A stretch of DNA of 23,270 bases, from IMG/VR virus record IMGVR_UViG_2531839662_000011; one strand, 5' to 3'. The notes under the pieces are model-generated. The model was given only the letters and a program-made list of their open reading frames with translations, had not been told where the DNA came from and searched no databases. Positions 7,997 to 16,132 of this stretch are shown here, piece by piece. Position 1 is the stretch's first letter. The number at the start of each line of letters is the position of its first letter. This DNA is from a virus (Duplodnaviria; Heunggongvirae; Uroviricota; Caudoviricetes). A program made the position numbers and the translations under genes.

Positions 7997-8164
7997 TAGG
8001 TTACCCTTAAAAGTTATCCGTGCGGATAACACCGCCGTGTTATCCCTTCGGATATAAGTATTGATCCACAAATAGAAAATTACAAGCTTTCTTTTCTTAT
8101 TTTGGTGAAAAGAAAGTCTTTTTGTAGAAAGATGTTGTAAATCAATAGATTGCGAGAAAAGAAA
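7997..8164. promoter_or_regulatory. divergent promoter/operator region between ner and repressor with two palindromic operator-like sites
   Basis: GTTATCCG-TG-CGGATAAC at 8013-8030 and TGTTATCCCTTCGGATATAA at ~8037-8056 share the GTTATCC half-site. Confidence 0.5.
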
Positions 8165-8812
8165 ATGAGTAAACAAACCGCCGATGATTTTTCCTTTTCT
8201 CAGAATAGAAAAGAAAGCATTCAGGACAGAATCAAGCAACTGGTTGGCACTAGGAGTCTGCGTAAAGCTACCTCAGACTGGGGGTTGCCGTACTCGACCA
8301 TAAATAACTACTTTGAGAAAGGCACCACTCCCGGCCTAAATGTGGTCGCTACGATAGCAAAATTAGAGAATGTATCACTGGAATGGTTGGTCTACGGTGA
8401 GAGCGAGTGCGATCCAATAATAGAAAAAAAGGTACCTACAGAAGACGTTAACCGCCCAAACACAAGTATTGTCGATGAAATACTAAGGCGAGCTACTCCA
8501 GAAGATAGAGAACGTCTTATTGATATGCTGTGTTGTATTGGCATCAAAGGCGTCTTGGAACGCTTACAACAACCCACCAGGCAAGCTACGCAGGCCGACA
8601 GCGACCTGGACGAACAGGAGAATGCCATCAGAAGCCTAAACATCAGGGAATCGCTTAAAGACGCTATTTGCATGGCATTGGCTGGTAATGAAGAAACTGA
8701 CAAAGAGATTTTGCGACGCATCGAATCTCGTGCACGGACTGGGTCGCCAGGTGGTCAGACCGTTGCCACGCCGGAGCAAGAAACGAAGCCTGTAAGCAAA
8801 AAATCAGCATGA
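8165..8812 (+). CDS. prophage repressor, Xre/CI-type HTH, 215 aa
   Basis: ATG 8165 (track start 8150 is TTG); HTH signature SLRKATSDWGLPYSTINNYFEKG...LEWLVYG; divergent from ner as Mu c is. Confidence 0.7.
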   Translation: MSKQTADDFSFSQNRKESIQDRIKQLVGTRSLRKATSDWGLPYSTINNYFEKGTTPGLNVVATIAKLENVSLEWLVYGESECDPIIEKKVPTEDVNRPNTSIVDEILRRATPEDRERLIDMLCCIGIKGVLERLQQPTRQATQADSDLDEQENAIRSLNIRESLKDAICMALAGNEETDKEILRRIESRARTGSPGGQTVATPEQETKPVSKKSA

Positions 8813-9050
8813 ACGCCTACTGCCTGGTGGGCGCATGCTGCCAACTAACTAGCGACATCCACAACAAGACCAATACAGAAGACGGATAAGAAAGGAACAA
8901 ATCAAGCAAGGTTAAAACGGGTTTTAAAATCTTTTAAAAGGCGATCGCTTTCCTGCACCACCAGATCAAAGTAGTCCAGAATAAAGCGTAAAAAAAGGCA
9001 CTTTTGGTCATTTCTTTCAAAACGATCCAGAATCGGTGAAATCTCTCACA
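8813..9050 (-). other. candidate Mu-like left end (attL region)
   Basis: - strand reads 5'-TGTGAGAGATTTCACCGATTC... from 9050 inward, resembling Mu end TGTATTGATTCAC...; tail-fibre homology of flanking phage stops here. Confidence 0.4.
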
Positions 9051-9399
9051 TCCCGCACCACTCAAGGCTTGCAGGTTCGTCCAGGCTGCTCGGACTCAGT
9101 CCAGAATTGATCACCACCCCACACATCCCCAGTTCACGAAGGGTTTTACCGGGGTATGATTTACAGTCAATCACAATATCCCCGCTGATGAAGCCCTCCT
9201 CCACCGCACCGTCGGAAAAGGGTTCCTGCCCGAATTCGCCGTACAACGATGTCATTGCTGCCATTTCATCCGGCGTGGATGGCAATGCACGCCCGCCCCC
9301 GTCACCAAGCAGAACATGCCGGACGGTCACGGTTTGCCCGTTCTGATATGCTGCTTCAATTTCTGCAGCGCCGGACGTTGTCAGAATCAGTCCATTCAT
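9046..9399 (-). pseudogene. H: tail-fibre gene (P2 gpH / Mu gpS type), N-terminal 117 codons only
   Basis: N-terminus ...LTTSGAAEIEAA...VLLGDGGG...LRELG resembles P2 H ITTAGAAKLAAA...AVGDGGG...MRELG; stop TGA 9048-9046 falls inside Mu-like end. Confidence 0.65.
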
Positions 9400-9986
9400 A
9401 CACCTGCCTCACTCTGCCCGCCTGTGGGCACTGTCTTTGTTGTCACACCGGTACTTCTGATTTTTTCTGTCGCCATCACATAGCCGTAACCAAATCCACG
9501 CCCTGTGCTGTTCCCGTAAACGTGAATACTGAACCAGCTGCGCAGATTTTTGGCACGGAGCACCGCATGCTTCAGATCCTGATGATCATTCATCAGCACC
9601 GGTAAATCTTTCTGCTCCACGTTCAGACGGAAGGTATACGGCTCCCCGGGTGGGGTCTGCTCATACCACTCAACAATCTGCGACCGGAAGGGACTGTCAG
9701 CCAGCGATGCCATCAGCGCCGCTTTAGTCCCTCTGTGGCGGTGGATGTATGCAGCACGTTTTATCGCAGACCGTTTTTCCGCCTCCGTCCAGTGTTCATT
9801 CCAGGTGTCCACCGCCATTTCCCAGGCCAGCCATGGCAGCAATTCAGCAGGACATAAATCGGGATTTTTGACATAGCGGATCAGACATACTGCGATTTCC
9901 GCCAGCATATCACCGGCGGTACTGTCCACCACCCGCTCTGCCCGGCTGGCACTGACCGGCAGTATGCTCCTGATATCGTCATTCAT
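9396..9986 (-). CDS. I: baseplate/tail protein, P2 gpI-like, 196 aa
   Basis: NPDLCPAELLPWLAWEMAVDTWNEHW matches P2 I NPDTCPANLLPWLAWAFSVDRWDEKW; ATG 9986-9984. Confidence 0.85.
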   Translation of the reverse strand: MNDDIRSILPVSASRAERVVDSTAGDMLAEIAVCLIRYVKNPDLCPAELLPWLAWEMAVDTWNEHWTEAEKRSAIKRAAYIHRHRGTKAALMASLADSPFRSQIVEWYEQTPPGEPYTFRLNVEQKDLPVLMNDHQDLKHAVLRAKNLRSWFSIHVYGNSTGRGFGYGYVMATEKIRSTGVTTKTVPTGGQSEAGV

Positions 9987-10893
9987 CAGTTGTCTCCACC
10001 TTATTCAGCGTTACCTTGCGGCACCACGGTGCCTGCCCCATCGCAGGAACGATATCACTGCCCGGAGAGGTCAGATTCACCGTAATCACCCCGGTCTGGT
10101 GAAGGGCACCATCCATGCCAGAACGGGATGCCACCGAGCCAATCAGGTGGACGCTGTCAGTGTATAACTGCAGCGCCTTGCGGGCATTTGCCATAACCAG
10201 TTCACCATCCAGTCCGTAGGGAATATGAATATCCGCCACCACATCGTAGGGAATAATTTCTGCCGTCCGGACACTGACAAAATCCGTCAGGGGACGGGTT
10301 TCATCATCACAGACTGATGCTGCCACCTTATCCAGCAGGGGTTGTGATGCAGTGCCATTTCCGGACCGGGATAACACATAAAGAAAAACACGCCCTTCCT
10401 GTGAATGCGTTTCCGGCCCGTAAGCCTTCACATCCAGCACATCAGGATCAGCACTTTGCGCAAAATAGTGGTACGCATTTTTCGCGCCGGCGGTGCTCAG
10501 CCGTGCCCATGACAACTGGATACGTTCGCGAAAAGCGTCATCATCTTCATACACCGCAGGCGTGGGCGGAATGGTGCTGTCATCTGCCGGGGTAATCACC
10601 AGACGCTGCACCTGAAAATTCGCACCAATCTGATCCAGGTCGTTCCTCCGGGCACTCGCAAGCAATACACCCCGGACAGCATCATTGACCTGCTGGCGCA
10701 TCAGCGCCACGCGAAAAGCCAGCGCCTCTGCCCATTTATACGCCGGATCGGATTCCACCAGGGCCGAAAACAACGTGTCCAGCTCCTGATACTTCGTCAC
10801 TATCTGAGTGACCAGCACAGCAGTGTCCGGCACCTCCACCGCATCCGGTACCGGTATCGCAGACAGATCAATAATTGCCTGAGACGTTGCCAA
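9979..10893 (-). CDS. J: baseplate assembly protein, P2 gpJ-like, 304 aa
   Basis: IIDLSAIPVPDAVE...LVITPADDSTIPPTPAV matches P2 J; TTG start with GAGGAG upstream. Confidence 0.9.
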   Translation of the reverse strand: MATSQAIIDLSAIPVPDAVEVPDTAVLVTQIVTKYQELDTLFSALVESDPAYKWAEALAFRVALMRQQVNDAVRGVLLASARRNDLDQIGANFQVQRLVITPADDSTIPPTPAVYEDDDAFRERIQLSWARLSTAGAKNAYHYFAQSADPDVLDVKAYGPETHSQEGRVFLYVLSRSGNGTASQPLLDKVAASVCDDETRPLTDFVSVRTAEIIPYDVVADIHIPYGLDGELVMANARKALQLYTDSVHLIGSVASRSGMDGALHQTGVITVNLTSPGSDIVPAMGQAPWCRKVTLNKVETTDE

Positions 10894-11224
10894 TTTTTAT
10901 CTCCTCGAGTCGAATCGTATCCTGAGTTTCGTTATTCACCCCGACAAGCGTCAGCCACGCGCTTCCTTCTCCTGTCCACGTCACTTCCACCCGCCGGAGA
11001 GTCAGGCGGGGTTCCCAGCGTTCAAGGGCGGTTACCGTTTCGCGAACAATTCTCACCCGCGTGAAATCATCCTGTGGGTTATCAAGCAGACTGAAAAGTC
11101 TGCTGCCGTATTCCCTGAGCAGGACCCGGCTGCCGGCCGGTGTTGACAAAATATCAGTGACGGACTGGCGCAGATGTTCGTTACCGTGCAGATATCTGCC
11201 GGTGGCTGAATCAATACCAATCAT
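10868..11224 (-). CDS. W: baseplate protein, P2 gpW-like (gp25-like), 118 aa
   Basis: Size, position between V and J, GPW/gp25-like sequence; ATG 11224-11222. Confidence 0.85.
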   Translation of the reverse strand: MIGIDSATGRYLHGNEHLRQSVTDILSTPAGSRVLLREYGSRLFSLLDNPQDDFTRVRIVRETVTALERWEPRLTLRRVEVTWTGEGSAWLTLVGVNNETQDTIRLEEIKIGNVSGNY

Positions 11225-11257
11225 GTTGTTTATTCCGGAAAAAGAACTGAAAGGAGA

Positions 11258-11881
11258 TTACATTTGCTGACCAGGCTGTCCGGTGCTGCCACCACTGTCG
11301 CCCCGGTGATTGTGACCGTTATAGACAATTCTGATTTGACTCATCGTTCCGTGATAATCAGAAACCTCACCACCGACCATCAGATCCGCCTTAACCACCG
11401 CCTCAGCATTCATGGTTGCTTTACCCTGTACGGTCAGGGTATCTGTGATTTCTACCGGACCGTCCAGGGTTCCCCTGCCGGTAATTTTATAGCTGCCGCC
11501 TTCAGCCAGCGTGATGGACAGGGCATTAGCCTGACGGTCGTAACGGATTTCCGTTCCGGTATCAAACAAAATAACATGTTCGTATTCACTGCCCTCAGGG
11601 ACAGGAATGGCGTCAATATTGGCCCCCGGATACACCCGACCGTTACGCAAATCGCCCGCCTCCGATATCACTGTAACGGCATCTCCGGGAGCCGGGTAAT
11701 TACTGACCTGCATGTAGCGCCCGGACTGTACCTGAATCCAGGGCAACGGAGGCGAAAGCACATCCCCGATATCCACCCGAACCATCACCGGGCTACCCGG
11801 GATCACCTCGTCCACCACGCCGCGACGGACCATGTCCGCCACCCTGCGGCGTAACTCTGCCACTTCATCTGCCAGACTCAT
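11258..11881 (-). CDS. V: baseplate spike protein, P2 gpV-like, 207 aa
   Basis: C-terminus YNGHNHRGDSGGSTGQP matches P2 V HTHKHPGDSGGTTGSP; in-frame ATG 11881-11879 (track ORF over-extended). Confidence 0.85.
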   Translation of the reverse strand: MSLADEVAELRRRVADMVRRGVVDEVIPGSPVMVRVDIGDVLSPPLPWIQVQSGRYMQVSNYPAPGDAVTVISEAGDLRNGRVYPGANIDAIPVPEGSEYEHVILFDTGTEIRYDRQANALSITLAEGGSYKITGRGTLDGPVEITDTLTVQGKATMNAEAVVKADLMVGGEVSDYHGTMSQIRIVYNGHNHRGDSGGSTGQPGQQM

Positions 11882-12428
11882 CACCGGTGCCCTCTGTTTT
11901 CCAGATAAGACGATAATCCCGCTCATGTTTCTTGCCGGTTTCCGGAGCTTTCCCCAGCCAGACTTCCTGTAAAGGCGCACCAGCCGGAACCTCGAACGGA
12001 TCTTCTCCGACAGGAATATCCTGTTCAAAAGAAACGCGGAAAACGATGTAGTCATCCAGAAGCCGGTCGAAGGTATCCACCTCAGCATCAATAAAAACAG
12101 CCGGATCAACGTTATCCAGCCCGAACGTGGCCCCCTCAATCCAGTCAGATAAATCCATCGCCAGACAACGGGCAAAAATCTGCGGTTTTGGCACGTTTTC
12201 CGTCTTCCCGGCCCGGTCTGTCACCACAAACAGATCACATTTCAGCGTGACCCGCGTCTGCCCGTCGGCAAACTGAGCCTTGTCCCAGCCCGGTACATCC
12301 ACAAACACGGCAGGCGTCACCAGTTGCGTCACTTTTTCCGGATACTCATCGGCATCTTCCACCCAGGGAATTTGTTTCAGACTGTCAATCACCGCCTGAT
12401 GCCAGGCGCCCATCATCAATGGCTCCAT
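11865..12428 (-). CDS. hypothetical tail-associated protein, 187 aa
   Basis: ATG 12428-12426 overlapping upstream stop; lies between Z-like gene and baseplate V. Confidence 0.5.
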   Translation of the reverse strand: MEPLMMGAWHQAVIDSLKQIPWVEDADEYPEKVTQLVTPAVFVDVPGWDKAQFADGQTRVTLKCDLFVVTDRAGKTENVPKPQIFARCLAMDLSDWIEGATFGLDNVDPAVFIDAEVDTFDRLLDDYIVFRVSFEQDIPVGEDPFEVPAGAPLQEVWLGKAPETGKKHERDYRLIWKTEGTGDESGR

Positions 12429-13006
12429 CACTCCAGCCCCTTAAATACCCGGAATTTCAGTTCATGCTCAAAATTTTTCAGGATCAGTGCTTCCGCATCC
12501 GGAAAAACAAAATCCTCTATACGGTTCAGCATGGCTTCATAAATATCAATTTCCGCTTCACGCACCCTCCGTCGTCCGGATGCCTGTCGGATCAGTATCG
12601 TTTTCCTTTTTGATATACGTCCGTTACGATTTTCCGCTTCGAACTGGTTGATAAAGGCATCATCCGTTGACCAGGTGGTGACAGGCAGGGATTCCCCGGC
12701 AGGTTTAAAACTGATCTCCCGAGCCTTCCTGCGGCTGGAAGCTGGTGCAAAACGCCCCCGCTCATCGCGCAACTGATGGCGTTCGCCGCGTCGTCCCCCA
12801 CTGATGCGTCCGCGCAGATCGCGTACTTTGATGGCGTTCAGACCGAACCATACCTTCGCCTCATCAAACTCATCACCGTTACGACGAATGATAAAATTAT
12901 GCAGAACACGCTTTTTGATCATTTTCTGACTGCGTGGCGCAACCTGTTTTTTAAACTCTGCCAGGGCCTTCATCCGCAGTGCAGACGCGGCTCTTTTCAG
13001 CGCCAC
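12428..13006 (-). CDS. basic tail-completion protein, possibly lambda Z-like, 192 aa
   Basis: Same length as lambda Z, very basic, follows FII; GTG start; N-terminal resemblance from memory only. Confidence 0.45.
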   Translation of the reverse strand: MALKRAASALRMKALAEFKKQVAPRSQKMIKKRVLHNFIIRRNGDEFDEAKVWFGLNAIKVRDLRGRISGGRRGERHQLRDERGRFAPASSRRKAREISFKPAGESLPVTTWSTDDAFINQFEAENRNGRISKRKTILIRQASGRRRVREAEIDIYEAMLNRIEDFVFPDAEALILKNFEHELKFRVFKGLE

Positions 13007-13129
13007 GCCCAGGCTTTACGGATCTGACTTTTTGACCCACCCAGTTTAGCGATAATTTTCAGCACCTCATCTTCATCAATATCGACAACGAGGTTTCGTG
13101 CCAGCCGTCGCTGCCGGGCACTGCTTCGT

Positions 13130-13534
13130 TCATGCTCTCTGACTGCCATAACGTTTACTCGGTCGTTCCGGTGCAGCAGGTGTATTTCTCCCGGGCTCTC
13201 CACGCGCAAGGGTGATGGTAATCACCCCCTGACCCGCAGCGCCTGACTCATCCCAGCCGGGATCGACTACCTGATAGGGTTCGCCGTGGATCATGACCCT
13301 GTCATATTTTTTCAGACCGGCGGCCCATGCGCTCCGGGTAAATAACACGGGCGCAGTATCACGAATTTCGCCGCTGCCAGTGTTCATCCCGGTGTTATCT
13401 GCCGGGGCATCAAAAACGGCACGGATTTTTCTTTCCGTGCCGCCCGGATATATGCTGATTTCCGTCCCCATCGTATCCAGGATGATGTCATCCGCATCAC
13501 TCATGGCCTGATCGAACAGATTATCGAACATCAT
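13130..13534 (-). CDS. FII: head-tail connector protein, lambda gpFII-like
   Basis: MFDNLFDQAMSDADD matches lambda FII MADFDNLFDAAIARADE; ATG 13534 overlaps FI stop. Confidence 0.8.
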   Translation of the reverse strand: MMFDNLFDQAMSDADDIILDTMGTEISIYPGGTERKIRAVFDAPADNTGMNTGSGEIRDTAPVLFTRSAWAAGLKKYDRVMIHGEPYQVVDPGWDESGAAGQGVITITLARGEPGRNTPAAPERPSKRYGSQRA

Positions 13535-13899
13535 CACTCCCGGATTTTTTCTGCCAGACCGTCTGCCAGCAACGCGGGAACTGTGGCTTCATTAACCAGC
13601 ACAACACTGGAGGCCCGGGCAAACATCAACATTTTTCCCGTCACAGCATCACAGGCTGGCATATGCGCCGTTTTCAGCATACGCACCCGGGCGAGTCCCT
13701 GCTCAGAATGCATTCCGTCGCCGGATGCATCGTTGCCCACCTCTTCCTTCCCCGTCTCCTCCCCATCGAATCCAGCGGCCTCCTCCTCCCATTCCGCCAG
13801 ACGCTGCTCAAGATCGGCTTTTGAACCTGAAATATCTGCTTCACGCCCCAGAATCACTGCCAGTTCCTGCAAACGTTCAGTCATCTGCTCTTTTGTCAT
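13534..13899 (-). CDS. FI: DNA-packaging accessory protein, lambda gpFI-like, 121 aa
   Basis: In-frame ATG 13899-13897 with GGGAGAG SD; follows E as in lambda (track ORF over-extended into E). Confidence 0.65.
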   Translation of the reverse strand: MTKEQMTERLQELAVILGREADISGSKADLEQRLAEWEEEAAGFDGEETGKEEVGNDASGDGMHSEQGLARVRMLKTAHMPACDAVTGKMLMFARASSVVLVNEATVPALLADGLAEKIRE

Positions 13900-13916
13900 C
13901 ACATCTCTCCCGTGCG

Positions 13917-13944
13917 CTAAAGAAAAAGGCGGGAATATCCCGCC
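13917..13944 (-). terminator. intrinsic terminator/attenuator just after major capsid gene
   Basis: Hairpin GGCGGGA-ATA-TCCCGCC (13928-13944) followed on - strand by TTTTTCTTT, 6 nt after E stop. Confidence 0.4.
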
Positions 13945-13949
13945 CTGTC

Positions 13950-14978
13950 TTATTTCACCTGAACCACCACAAACGCATCCGGATCCGGCAGCACCATCAA
14001 CGGCGCAGACTGCGTCATTGTATATTCGCAACCAGGATCCCCCACTTCCTCCCAGTGTTTCGGATAACGAATCGCAGAGGTGATCCCTTCACTCAGCGCC
14101 TGATTATCCTGGATTGCGCCATAGCAACGGACGCCCTCCGCCTGAGTGTTTCCCAGAATCAGTGTACCTTCCGGCAGATAACGCTGTTCATCCCCGTTTT
14201 CGTCAACATACGTTGTCTTCGCCACCACGACAGCCAGATCGCCGTACCAGCCCTTAAAGGAAACCACGGAACCCAGGTCTTTCAGTGCGGTTTCCAGCTC
14301 AGATTTGGAGCCACGGCGGGTATCCAGTTTTTCACGGAACAGTTTAAAACCGTTCAGCATACGCCAGACCGTGCCGTCCATAATCGCGATATTGATGGTA
14401 CCGGAAGCAAAATCGCAGTACGCATCAAGATCATGCGTCGGATCAAAGGTGTCAGCATTCTGCTTTGACCATTCGCGTCCGCCAGCCTGCGTAATGTTAT
14501 TGGCGGCAGAACGCCCAAAATCCACTTCCACCGTCTCAAACTGCTCGCCGCTCATAGTGTATTTACCCTGCAGAACAGCACTGACTGCCTGCATTTCTTC
14601 CACCTGCACAATCGCCTGCTCTTCCTGTTTCAGGTTGTCCGTCAGAATACGCAGACGGCGGTAAGCCGGGTCATTAAGGCGGGCCGGATCTTCCCCCGGA
14701 AGACGTTCTACAGCCTGCTGATAATCAAAGCGGTGTTTTGGTTTTACATAACCGGGACGTAACACGCGGGTTTCACCACCACGGCTGCGCAGCACTTTGC
14801 CTGACACCACCGGAGACACATACGCCGCAACCGGTGTTTTGCCGGTAATTTTATCCAGCATGACTTCCTGAGTATGGAAAGTGATCGTGCGACGAAAGAA
14901 CAGCTCAAGAAACAGCGCACGAAATTTCACTTTCTGCTCGGTGTACCCGAGTAACTGACGCGTGGTAAATAACCCCAT
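13950..14978 (-). CDS. E: major capsid protein, lambda gpE-like, 342 aa
   Basis: Collinear similarity to lambda E (e.g. RSRGGETRVLRPGYVKPKH, GNTQAEGVRCYGAIQD, MTQSAPLMVLPDPDAFVVVQ). Confidence 0.95.
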   Translation of the reverse strand: MGLFTTRQLLGYTEQKVKFRALFLELFFRRTITFHTQEVMLDKITGKTPVAAYVSPVVSGKVLRSRGGETRVLRPGYVKPKHRFDYQQAVERLPGEDPARLNDPAYRRLRILTDNLKQEEQAIVQVEEMQAVSAVLQGKYTMSGEQFETVEVDFGRSAANNITQAGGREWSKQNADTFDPTHDLDAYCDFASGTINIAIMDGTVWRMLNGFKLFREKLDTRRGSKSELETALKDLGSVVSFKGWYGDLAVVVAKTTYVDENGDEQRYLPEGTLILGNTQAEGVRCYGAIQDNQALSEGITSAIRYPKHWEEVGDPGCEYTMTQSAPLMVLPDPDAFVVVQVK

Positions 14979-15001
14979 AATTTATATTCCTTCAGAAACA
15001 C

Positions 15002-15030
15002 AAACGGGCCGCATCGCGACCCGTTTTTTC
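15002..15030. other. stem-loop in D-E intergenic region
   Basis: AAACGGG-(11 nt)-CCCGTTT with T-run on + side and U-rich tract on - side. Confidence 0.3.
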
Positions 15031-15047
15031 AGTTAATCACTTCACCA

Positions 15048-15383
15048 TCAGGCGTGGCTGATGGCACTTCCCACAAATGCGTTGGCTTTTTTCACCGCAT
15101 CCACCGAACCAGGCCAGACCAGCGACTCAGTGGCAAACGTACCGCTTTTGTAGTACGTCAGCATGGGCTCGGTCCCGGCAAGCGCCAGAGCCAGCACACC
15201 CACAGCCGTTCCGGCTTTCTGACCATCCCAGACAACCAGTTTTCCGGTGGCGTCATCCACCATCAGTGGCGTCAGTGCAGGTGTGGCAGCACTGATACCA
15301 CTGGTGGCTGTTGCGGTATGCGCCGGATCGCTTCCGGCAAAAATGCGCGCATCTGCACGCTTTTCCGTGGTGGTTTTAATCAT
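15048..15383 (-). CDS. D: head decoration protein, lambda gpD-like, 111 aa
   Basis: GSDPAHTATA...TPLM...KLVVWDG...YKSGTF matches lambda D; ATG with AGGAGG upstream. Confidence 0.85.
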   Translation of the reverse strand: MIKTTTEKRADARIFAGSDPAHTATATSGISAATPALTPLMVDDATGKLVVWDGQKAGTAVGVLALALAGTEPMLTYYKSGTFATESLVWPGSVDAVKKANAFVGSAISHA

Positions 15384-15421
15384 TTTTCAGCCTCCTGATT
15401 TATCTGAATTCCGGATATCGC

Positions 15422-16132
15422 TTACGGCATACTCATCAGCAGGTCTTCCTCACCGCGCCCGGCAGTTCCGCCACCGGAAACCGCACTGGCAGCATGCTGT
15501 GCCATAAAGCGATCAAAAAGTGTTTCCTGTGACGGTTGCGATGCCGCCGGCGCGGCTGCCAGCAGCGTTTTCGCCTGCGCCACCGTCATTCCCGGTTGTT
15601 CTGTCAGTGCCTGTGCAAGTTGCTCGCGCCCTTTTGCCTCCGGCAGCGCCATAATCTGATCGCCGACACTTGCAGAACCAGCAACCGGTGCCGCCGCCAG
15701 TAACGTTTTGGCCTGGTCAACGGTCATTCCCGGCTGTTCAGCCAGCGCCTGCGCGAGTTGTTCACGCCCTTTTGCTTCCGGTAACGCCATAATCTGATCG
15801 CCTGTGCCTGCAGCACCAGCAGCAGGGGCTGCCGCCAGAAACGCTTTCGCCTGCTCCACCGTCATCCCCGGCTGACCTGCCAGCATCTGTGCCAGTTGCT
15901 CACGCCCCTTTGCTTCCGGCAGCCCCATAATCTGATCGCCCGTGCTGTCAGTACCGGCAACCGGCGCAGCTGCAAGCAACGTTTTCGCCTGCTCAACCGT
16001 CATTCCTGGCTGACCTGCCAGCATTTGCGCCAGTTGCTCGCGCCCTTTCGCCTCCTGACAATTCAGGATCCCCATCACGCGCTGATTTTCCTGGGCCACC
16101 GCTTCAGCAACGGTGAGATTTTTAACAGTCAT
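15422..16132 (-). CDS. nu3: Nu3-like scaffold protein from in-frame internal start within C
   Basis: In-frame ATG 16132-16130 preceded by AAGGAG at 6 nt; analogous to lambda Nu3 nested in C. Confidence 0.4.
   Translation of the reverse strand: MTVKNLTVAEAVAQENQRVMGILNCQEAKGREQLAQMLAGQPGMTVEQAKTLLAAAPVAGTDSTGDQIMGLPEAKGREQLAQMLAGQPGMTVEQAKAFLAAAPAAGAAGTGDQIMALPEAKGREQLAQALAEQPGMTVDQAKTLLAAAPVAGSASVGDQIMALPEAKGREQLAQALTEQPGMTVAQAKTLLAAAPAASQPSQETLFDRFMAQHAASAVSGGGTAGRGEEDLLMSMP

Larger units (their letters stand above)
1..9050 (-). mobile_element. Mu-like transposable prophage, left-end ~9 kb (partial; continues beyond window start)
   Basis: Repressor (+) divergent from ner, MuA-like transposase, MuB-like ATPase (-) in canonical Mu order; candidate 5'-TG terminus at 9050 on - strand; family assignment from memory. 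Confidence 0.75.

Noticed and set aside
8392-8721. 109-aa - strand ORF inside the repressor gene
   Set aside because: Antisense to the HTH repressor ORF; Ser/Leu-rich composition.
12997-13209. 70-aa - strand ORF between FII and the Z-like gene
   Set aside because: Overlaps the FII C-terminus; its only ATG (13149) has a weak SD; the Z-like gene has its own start. Could be a tiny gene, but unsupported.
13725-14468. 247-aa + strand ORF (Pro/Arg-rich) opposite the major capsid gene
   Set aside because: Antisense to a confidently assigned lambda E homolog; low-complexity composition typical of a spurious opposite-strand frame.
15530-16054. Possible CRISPR-like or noncoding repeat array
   Set aside because: The repeats are contiguous 138-bp units with no spacers, maintained in frame inside a long ORF: a coding tandem repeat, not CRISPR.
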